Of a DNA stretch of 64,000 nt, positions 53,571 to 64,000 are shown piece by piece; position 1 is the first letter of the stretch, and every line of letters begins with the position of its first letter. Under the pieces are notes generated by a model. That model searched no databases. It saw only the letters and a program-made list of their open reading frames with translations, and was not told the origin of the DNA. Origin of the DNA: Eledone cirrhosa (taxonomy: Eukaryota); the NCBI GenBank assembly GCA_964016885.1, contig OZ024740.1, forward strand, positions 440,138,001 to 440,202,000. The letters run 5' to 3'. Both the position numbers and the translations under genes were made by a program.

Positions 53571-56500
53571 AGTCTGACATATATATAATAACACCACATG
53601 TCTGACATCTATATAATAACACCACATGTGTGACATCTATATAATGACACCACATGTCTGACATCAATCTAATATCACCACAATTCTGACATCTATATAA
53701 TAACACCACATGTCTGACATCTATATAATAACACCAGATGTCTGACATCTATATAATAAAACCACATATCTGCCATCTATATAATAACACAACATGTCTG
53801 GCATCTATATAATAACACCACAAGTCTGACATCTATATAATAACACCACAAGTCTGACATCTATATAATAACACCACAAGTCTGATATCTATACAATAAT
53901 ACCACATGTCTAACATCTATATAATAACACCACAAGTCTGATATCTATACAATAATACCACATGTCTAACATCTATATAATAACACCATATGTCTGACAT
54001 CTATACAATAAAACCACATGTTAGACATCTATATAATAACACCACATATCTGCCATCTATATAATAACACAACATGTCTGACATCTATATAATAACACCA
54101 GATATCTGACATCTATACAATAACACCACAAATCTGCATCTATATAATAACACCAGATGTCTGACATCTATATAATAACACCACAAGTCTGACATCTATA
54201 TAATAACACCAGATGTCTGACATCTATATAATAACACCACATGTGTGACATTTATATAATAACACCACATGTCTGACATCTATCTAATGACACCACAAGT
54301 CTGACATCTATATAATAACACCACAAGTCTGACATCTATATAATAATACCATATGTCTGACATCTATAAAATAACACCACATGTCTGACATCTATATAAT
54401 AACACCACAAGTCTGACATCTATATAATAACACCACATGTCTGACATCTATATAATAACACCACAAGTCTGACATCTATACAATAATACCACATGTCTAA
54501 CATCTATATAATAACACCATATGTCTGACATATATACAATAATACCACATGTCTGACATCTATATAATAACACCACGTGTCTGACATCTATATAATAACA
54601 CCACATGTCTGACAACTATAAATTAACACCACATGTCTGACATCTATATAATAACAGCACAAGTCTGAGATCTATATAATAACACCACATGTCTGACATC
54701 TATATAATAACACCACAAGTCTGACATCTATATAATAACAGCACAAGTCTGACATCTATATAATAACACCACGTGTCTGATAACTATATAATAACACCAC
54801 AATTCTGACATCTATATAATAACACCACATGTCTGACATCTATATAATAACACCACATGTATGACATCTATATAATAACACAACATGTTTGACATCTATA
54901 TAATGACACCAGATGTCTGACATCTATATAATAACACAACATGTCTGACATCTATATAATAACACCACATGTCTGACATCTATATAATAACAACACAAGT
55001 CTGACATGTATATAATAACACTGCATGTCTGACATCTATATAATAACACCACAAGTCTGACATCTATATAATAACACCACATGTGTGACATTTATATAAT
55101 AACACCACATGTCTGACATATATATAATAACACCACATCTCTTACATCTATATAATAACACCACAAGCCTGACATCTACATAACACCACAAGTCTGACAT
55201 CTATACAATAATACCAGATGTCTGACATATATAATAACACCAGATGTCTGACATCTATATAATAACACCACATGTGACATCTATATAATAACACCACATG
55301 TCTGACATCTATATAATAACACCACATGTCTGCCATCTATATAATAACGCCACATGTCTGACATCTATATAATAACACCACAAATCTGACATCTATATAA
55401 TAACACCAGATGTCTGACATCTATATAATAATACCACAAGTCTGACATCTATATAATAACACCAGATGTCTGACATCTATATAATAACACCACCTTTCTG
55501 CCATCTATATAATAACACCACATGTCTGACATCTATATAATAACACCAGATGTCTGACATCTATATAATAACACCACATATCTGCCATCTATATAATAAC
55601 ACAACATGTCTGACATCTATATAATAACACCAGATGTCTGACATCTATACAATAACACCACAAGTCTGCATCTATATAATAACACCATATGACTGACATA
55701 TATATAATAACACCACATGTCTGACATCTATACAATAACACCACAAGTCTGCATCTATATAATAACACCATATGACTGACATCTATATAATAACACCAGA
55801 TGTCTGACATCTATATAATAACACCACATGTCTGACATCTATATAATAACATCACAATTCTGACATCTATATAATAACACCACAAGTCTGACATCTATAC
55901 AATTATACCACATGTCTGACATCTATATAATAACACCAGATGTCTGACATCTATATAATAACACCACATGTGACATCTATATAATAACACCACATGTCTG
56001 ACATCTATATAATAACACCACAAGTCTGACATCTATATAATAACACCACATGTCTGACATATATATAATAACACCACATGTGTGACATCTATATATTAAC
56101 ACCACATGTCTGACATCTATCTAATAACACCACAAGTCTGACATCTATATAATAACACCACAAGTCTGAAATCTATATAATAATACCATATGTCTGACAT
56201 CTATATAATAACACCACATGTCTGACATCTATATAATAACACCACAAGTCTGACATCTATATAATAACACCACATGCCTGACATCTATATAATAACACCA
56301 CATGTCTGACATCTATATAATAACACCAAAAGTCTGACATCTATAAAATAACACCACATTTCTGACATCTATATAATAACACATGTCTGACATCTATATA
56401 ATAACACTACATGTCTGACATCTATATAATAACAGAAAATGTCTGAGATCTATATAATAACACCACATGTCTGACATTTATATAATAACACAACATGTCT

Positions 56501-59500
56501 GACATCTATATAATAACACCACGAGTCTGACATCTATATAATAACACCACATGTCTGACATCTATATAATAACACCATATGTCTGACATCTATACAATAA
56601 TACCACATGTCTGACATCTATATAATAACACCACATGTCTGACATCTACATAATAACACCACATGTCTGACATCTATATAATAACACCACATGTGTGACA
56701 TATATATAATAACACCACATGTCTGACATCTATATAATAACACCACATGGGTGACATCTATATAATGACACCACATGTCTGACATCAATCTAATAACACC
56801 ACAAGTCTGACATCTATATAATAACACCACATTTCAGACATCTATATAATAACACCAGATGTCTGACATCTATATAATAACACCACATATCTGCCATCTA
56901 TATAATAACACAACATGTCTGACATCTATATATTAACACCAGATGTCTGACATCTATATAATAACACCATATGTCTGGCATCTATATAATAACACCAAAA
57001 GTCTGACATCTATACAATAACACCACATTTCTGACATCTATATAATAACACATGTCTGACATCTATATAATAACACCACATGTCTGACATCTATATAATA
57101 ACACCACAAGTCTGACATCTATATAATAACACCACAAGTCTGACATCTATACACTAATACCACATGTCTAACATCTATATAATAACACCATATGTCTGAC
57201 ATCTATACAATAATACCACATGTCTGACATCTATATAATAACACCAGATGCCTGATATCTATATAATAACACCACATGTGGCATCTATATAATAACACCA
57301 CAAGTCTGACATCTATATAATAACACCACAAATCTGACATCTATACATTAATACCACATGTTTGACATCTATATAATAACACCAGATGTCTGACATCTAT
57401 ATAATAACACCACATGTGACATCTATATAATAACACCACATGTCTGACATCTATATAATAACACCACAAGTCTGACATCTATATAATAACACCACATGTC
57501 TGACATCTATATAATAACACCACATGTGTGACATCTATATAATAACACCACATTTCTGACATCTATATAATAACACATGTCTGACATCTATATAATAACA
57601 CCACATGTCTGACATCTATATAATAACACCACAAGTCTGACATCTATATAATAACACCACAAGTCTGACATCTATACAATAATACCACATGTCTAACATC
57701 TATATAATAACACCACATGTCTGACATCTATATAATAACACCGCATGTGACATCTATATAATAACACCACATGTCTGACAACTATAAATTAACACCACAT
57801 GTCTGACATCTATATAATAACACCAGATGTCTGACATCTATATAATAACACCAGATGTCTGTCATCTATACAATAACACCACAAGCCTGCATCTATATAA
57901 TAACACCATATGACTGACATCTATATAATAACAACACAAGTCTGACATCTATATAATAACACCACATTTCTGACATCTATATAATAACATCACAAATCTG
58001 ACATCTATATAATAACACCACATGTCTGACATCTATACAATAACACCACAAGTCTGACATCTATATGATAACACCACAAGTCTGACATCTATATAATAAC
58101 TCCAGATGTCTGATATCTATACAATAACACCACAAGTCTGACATATATATAATAACACCACATGTCTGACATCTATATAATAACACCACATGTGTGACAT
58201 CTATATAATGACACCACATGTCTGACATCAATCTAATATCACCACAATTCTGACATCTATATAATAACACCACATGTCTGACATCTATATAATAACACCA
58301 GATGTCTGACATCTATATAATAAAACCACATATCTGCCATCTATATAATAACACAACATGTCTGGCATCTATATAATAACACCACAAGTCTGACATCTAT
58401 ATAATAACACCACAAGTCTGACATCTATATAATAACACCACAAGTCTGATATCTATACAATAATACCACATGTCTAACATCTATATAATAACACCACAAG
58501 TCTGATATCTATACAATAATACCACATGTCTAACATCTATATAATAACACCATATGTCTGACATCTATACAATAAAACCACATGTTAGACATCTATATAA
58601 TAACACCACATATCTGCCATCTATATAATAACACAACATGTCTGACATCTATATAATAACACCAGATATCTGACATCTATACAATAACACCACAAATCTG
58701 CATCTATATAATAACACCAGATGTCTGACATCTATATAATAACACCACAAGTCTGACATCTATATAATAACACCAGATGTCTGACATCTATATAATAACA
58801 CCACATGTGTGACATTTATATAATAACACCACATGTCTGACATCTATCTAATGACACCACAAGTCTGACATCTATATAATAACACCACAAGTCTGACATC
58901 TATATAATAATACCATATGTCTGACATCTATAAAATAACACCACATGTCTGACATCTATATAATAACACCACAAGTCTGACATCTATATAATAACACCAC
59001 ATGTCTGACATCTATATAATAACACCACAAGTCTGACATCTATACAATAATACCACATGTCTAACATCTATATAATAACACCATATGTCTGACATCTATA
59101 CAATAATACCACATGTCTGACATCTATATAATAACACCACGTGTCTGACATCTATATAATAACACCACATGTCTGACAACTATAAATTAACACCACATGT
59201 CTGACATCTATATAATAACAGCACAAGTCTGAGATCTATATAATAACACCACATGTCTGACATCTATATAATAACACCACAAGTCTGACATCTATATAAT
59301 AACAGCACAAGTCTGACATCTATATAATAACACCACGTGTCTGATAACTATATAATAACACCACAATTCTGACATCTATATAATAACACCACATGTCTGA
59401 CATCTATATAATAACACCACATGTATGACATCTATATAATAACACAACATGTTTGACATCTATATAATGACACCAGATGTCTGACATCTATATAATAACA

Positions 59501-60870
59501 CAACATGTCTGACATCTATATAATAACACCACATGTCTGACATCTATATAATAACACCACAAGTCTGACATGTATATAATAACACTGCATGTCTGACATC
59601 TATATAATAACACCACAAGTCTGACATCTATATAATAACAACACATGTGTGACATTTATATAATAACACCACATGTCTGACATATATATAATAACACCAC
59701 ATCTCTTACATCTATATAATAACACCACAAGCCTGACATCTACATAACACCACAAGTCTGACATCTATACAATAATACCAGATGTCTGACATATATAATA
59801 ACACCAGATGTCTGACATCTATATAATAACACCACATGTGACATCTATATAATAACACCACATGTCTGACATCTATATAATAACACCACATGTCTGCCAT
59901 CTATATAATAACGCCACATGTCTGACATCTATATAATAACACCACAAATCTGACATCTATATAATAACACCAGATGTCTGACATCTATATAATAATACCA
60001 CAAGTCTGACATCTATATAATAACACCAGATGTCTGACATCTATATAATAACACCACCTTTCTGCCATCTATATAATAACACCACATGTCTGACATCTAT
60101 ATAATAACACCAGATGTCTGACATCTATATAATAACACCACATATCTGCCATCTATATAATAACACAACATGTCTGACATCTATATAATAACACCAGATG
60201 TCTGACATCTATACAATAACACCACAAGTCTGCATCTATATAATAACACCATATGACTGACATCTATATAATAACACCAGATGTCTGACATCTATATAAT
60301 AACACCACATGTGACATCTATATAATAACACCACATGTCTGACATCTATATAATAACACCACAAGTCCGACATCTATATAATAACACCACATGTCTGACA
60401 TATATATAATAACACCACATGTGTGACATCTATATATTAACACCACATGTCTGACATCTATCTAATAACACCACAAGTCTGACATCTATATAATAACACC
60501 ACAAGTCTGAAATCTATATAATAATACCATATGTCTGACATCTATATAATAACACCACATGTCTGACATCTATATAATAACACCACAAGTCTGACATCTA
60601 TATAATAACACCACATGCCTGACATCTATATAATAACACCACATGTCTGACATCTATATAATAACACCAAAAGTCTGACATCTATAAAATAACACCACAT
60701 TTCTGACATCTATATAATAACACATGTCTGACATCTATATAATAACACCACATGTCTGACATCTATATAATAACAGAAAATGTCTGAGATCTATATAATA
60801 ACACCACATGTCTGACATTTATATAATAACACAACATGTCTGACATCTATATAATAACACCACAAGTCTG
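52240..60870. repeat. About 4.5-kb tandem duplication (offset 4564, then 4341) in the terminal domain of the 28-mer array; boundaries approximate
   Basis: 52262/56826, 53497/58061 and 55148/59712 are offset by 4564. AACAGAAAATGTCTGAGAT at 56431/60772 is offset by 4341, i.e. 223 bp (8 monomers, one a 27-mer) less. Confidence 0.82.
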
Positions 60871-61420
60871 ACATCTATACAATAATACCACATGTCTGAC
60901 ATCTATATAATAACACCACGTGTCTGACATCTATATAATAACACCGCATGTGACATCTATATAATAACACCACATGTCTGACAACTATAAATTAACACCA
61001 CATGTCTGACATCTATATAATACGCCACACGTCTGACATCTATATAATAACACCACAAGTCTGACATCTATATAATAACAGCACAAAACTGACATCTATA
61101 TAATAACACCACGTGTCTGATATCTATATAATAACACCACAATTCTGACATCTATATAACACCACATGTCTGACATCTATATAATAACACCGCATGTCTG
61201 ACATCTATATAATAACACCACAAGTCTGACATCTATATAATAACACCACATGTGTGACATTTATATAATAACACCACATGTCTGACATATATATAATAAC
61301 ATCACATGTCTTACATCTATATAATAACACCACAAGCCTGACATCTATATAATAACACCACAAGTCTGACATCTATACAATAATACCAGATGTCTGACAT
61401 ATATATAATAACACCAGATG

Positions 61421-64000
61421 TAATATAGGATGGGGTTAATTTCAGTGATTATATGTAATATAGGATGGGGTTAATTTCAGTGATTATATGTAATATAGAC
61501 TGGGTTTAATTTCAGTGATTATATGTAACATATAGTGAGGTTAATTTCAGTGATTATATGTAATATAGACTGGGGTTAATTTCAGTGATTATATGTAATA
61601 TATGCTGGGGTTAATTTCAGTGATTATATGTAATATAGGATGGGGTTAATTTCAGTGATTATATGTACAATAGACTAGGTTTAATTTCAGTGATTATATG
61701 TAATATAGACTGGGGTTAATTTCAGTGATTATATGTAATATAGACTGGGGTTAATTTCAGTGATTATATGTATTATAGGATGGGGTTAATTTCCGTGATT
61801 ATATGTAATATAGGTTGAGGTTAATTTCAGTGATTATATGTAATACACGATGAGATTAATTTCAGTGATTATATGTAATGTAGCCTAGGTTAAATTTCAG
61901 TGATTATATGTAATATAGACTGGGGTTAATTTCAGTGATTATATATAATATAGACAGGGGTTAATTTCAGTGATTATATGTAATATAGGATGGGGTTAAT
62001 TTCAGTGATTATATGTAATATAGGATGGGGTTCATTTTAGTGATTATATGTAATATAGGATGGGGTTAATTTCAGTGATTATATGTAATATAGGATGGGG
62101 TTAATTTCAGTGATTATATGTAATATAAGATGAGGTTAATTTCAGTGATTATATGTAATATAGGATGGGGTTAATTTCAGTGATTATATGTAATATAGCC
62201 TAGGTTTAATTTCAGTGATTATATGGAATATATACTGGTGTTAATTTCAGTGATTATGTGTAGTATAGAGTGGGGTTAATTTCAGTGATTATATGTAATA
62301 TAGACAGGGGTTAATTTCAGTGATTATATGTAATATAGGATGGGATTAATTTCAGTGAGTATATGTAATATAGGATGGGGTTCATTTTAGTGATTATATG
62401 TAATATAGACTGGGTTTAATTTCACTGATTATATGTAATATAGACTAGGGTTAATTTCAGTGATTATATGTAATATAGACTAGGGTTAATTTCAGTGATT
62501 ATATGTAATATAGACTAGGGTTAATTTCAGTGATTATATGTAATATAGACTAGGGTTAATTTCAGTGATTATATATAATATAGGATGGGGTTAATTTCTG
62601 TGATTATATGTAATATAGGATGGGGTTAATTTAAGTGATTATATGTAATATAGGATGGCATTAATTTCAATGATTATATGTAATATAGGATGAGGTTAAT
62701 TTCAGTGATTATATGTAATATAGGATGGGATTAATTTCAGTGATTATATGTAATATAGCCTAGGTTTAATTTCAGTGATTATATGTAATATAGACTAGGG
62801 TTAATTTCACTGATTATATGTAATATAGACTGGGGTTAATTTCAATGATTATATATAATATAGGATTGGGTTAATTTCAGTGATTATATTTAATATAGGA
62901 TGGGGTTAATTTCAGTGATTATATGTAATATAGACGGGGTTAATTTCAGTGATTATAAGTAATAGAGACTGGGGTTAATTTCAGTGATTATATGTAATAT
63001 AGGATGGGGTTAATTTCAGTGATTATATGTAATATAGGATGAGGTTAATTTCAGTAATTATATGTAATATAGGATGGGGTCAATTTCAGTGATTATATGT
63101 AATATAGCCTAGGTTTAATTTCGGTGATTATATGTAATATAGACTGGGGTTGATTTCAATGATTATATATAATATAGGATGGAGTTAGTTTCTGTGATTA
63201 TATGTAATATAGGATGGGGTTAATTTCAGTGATTATATGTAATATAGACTGGGGTTAATTTCAGTGATTATATGTAATATAGGATGGGGTTAATTTCAGT
63301 GATTATATGTAATATATGCTGGGGTTAATTTCAGTGATTATATGTAATATAGGATGGGGTTAATTTCAGTGAGTATATGTAATATAGGATGGGGTTAATT
63401 TCAGTGATAATATGTAATATAGCCTAGGTTTAATTTCAGTGATTATATGTAATATAGGCTGGGGTTAATTTCAATGATTATATATAATATAGGATGGGGT
63501 TAGTTTCTGTGATTATATGTAATATAGACTGGGGTTAATTTCAGTGATTATATGTAATATAGACTGGGGTTAATTTCATTGATTATATGTAATATAGGAT
63601 GGGGTTAATTTCAGTGATTATATGTAATATAGGATGGGGTTAATTTCAGTGATTATATGTAATATAGACAGGGGTTAATTTCAGTGATTATATGTAATAT
63701 AGACTGGGGTTAATTTCAGTGATTATATGGAATATAAGATGGGGTTAATTTCAGTGATTATATGTAATATAGACTGGGTTTAATTTCAGTGATTATATGT
63801 AATATAGACTGGGGTTAATTTCAGTGATTATATGTAATATAGACTGGGGTTAATTTCAGAGGATTATATGTAATATTGGATGGGGTTAATTTCAGTGATT
63901 ATATGTAATATAGACTGGGGTTAATTTCAGTGATTATATGTAATATAGGAGGGGTTAATTTCAGTGATTATATGTAATATATGCTGGGGTTAATTTCAGT
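61421..64000. repeat. 35-bp tandem satellite array, consensus TAATATAGGATGGGGTTAATTTCAGTGATTATATG, about 74 monomers, truncated at the right window edge
   Basis: Units start at 61421, 61456, 61491 and so on. TTAATTTCAGTGATTATATGTAATA is nearly invariant. Only occasional 1-bp indels occur (near 62935, 63860, 63950). Confidence 0.99.

Larger units (their letters stand above)
1..61421. repeat. 28-bp tandem satellite array, consensus CTGACATCTATATAATAACACCACATGT, about 2,200 monomers, truncated at the left window edge
   Basis: GACATCTATATAATAACACC recurs every 28 bp in one orientation. Recurrent substitutions: CACATGT/CACAAGT/CAGATGT/CATATGT and TATATAAT/TATACAAT. Recurrent short monomers: 27 bp (GTCTGCATC), 26 bp (CATGTGACATC) and 25 bp (AACACATGT). 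The last monomer ends ...ACACCAGATGT at 61421. Confidence 0.99.

Noticed and set aside
149-59900. About 60 short minus-strand ORFs (62-83 aa) as protein-coding genes
   Set aside because: They are translations of the 28-bp monomer. Periodicity is at the 28-nt level with frequent 1- and 2-bp indels, there is no codon-position pattern in the variation, and the ORFs arise only where a variant removes the periodic TAG.
1-61421. TATA boxes, -10 elements (TATAAT), E-boxes (CACATG/CACGTG), SMAD-like GTCT and p53-like CWWGTCT half-sites
   Set aside because: These short motifs are repeated only because they lie in the monomer. There is no gene context, and the p53 half-site lacks the RRR flank in the consensus.
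1-64000. CRISPR array (28- and 35-bp repeat lengths, partial palindrome)
   Set aside because: Repeats are directly adjacent with no unique spacers. The 35-mer variable cores are about 10 bp, related to each other and recurrent. There is no leader and there are no cas genes.
61421-64000. G-quadruplex array or true telomere
   Set aside because: G-runs are about 31 nt apart and often broken, and there are no tandem short telomeric repeats.
1-64000. Assignment to a named satellite family or organism; embedded transposon, tRNA or rRNA
   Set aside because: I do not recognise either monomer with confidence and saw no non-repeat sequence. A Dfam/Repbase/BLAST search of both consensuses is needed.

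Overview
The window is entirely non-coding tandem satellite DNA, most likely eukaryotic heterochromatin; the organism cannot be determined from the sequence. Positions 1-61421 are one head-to-tail array of a 28-bp monomer (consensus CTGACATCTATATAATAACACCACATGT, 9/28 GC, about 2,200 copies), open at the left edge. I saw no inversion or inserted element in it. At 61418-61421 it joins, with no spacer and through a shared ATGT, a second satellite with a 35-bp monomer (consensus TAATATAGGATGGGGTTAATTTCAGTGATTATATG, about 74 copies) that runs off the right edge. All listed ORFs are translation artefacts of the 28-mer. Their coordinates, together with rare variant monomers, reveal nested higher-order structure: a 1777-bp (64-monomer) block, a 3623-bp unit, duplications at offsets of 1331, 2811, 3224, 4564 and 5033 bp, and a duplication at a 22.2-22.8 kb offset. 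I found no gene, RNA gene, transposon or CRISPR array, and no evidence of a new protein-based system. The points of interest are the array's duplication history, the junction between the two satellites, and the constant/variable architecture of the 35-mer. All offsets were derived by hand and need computational confirmation.
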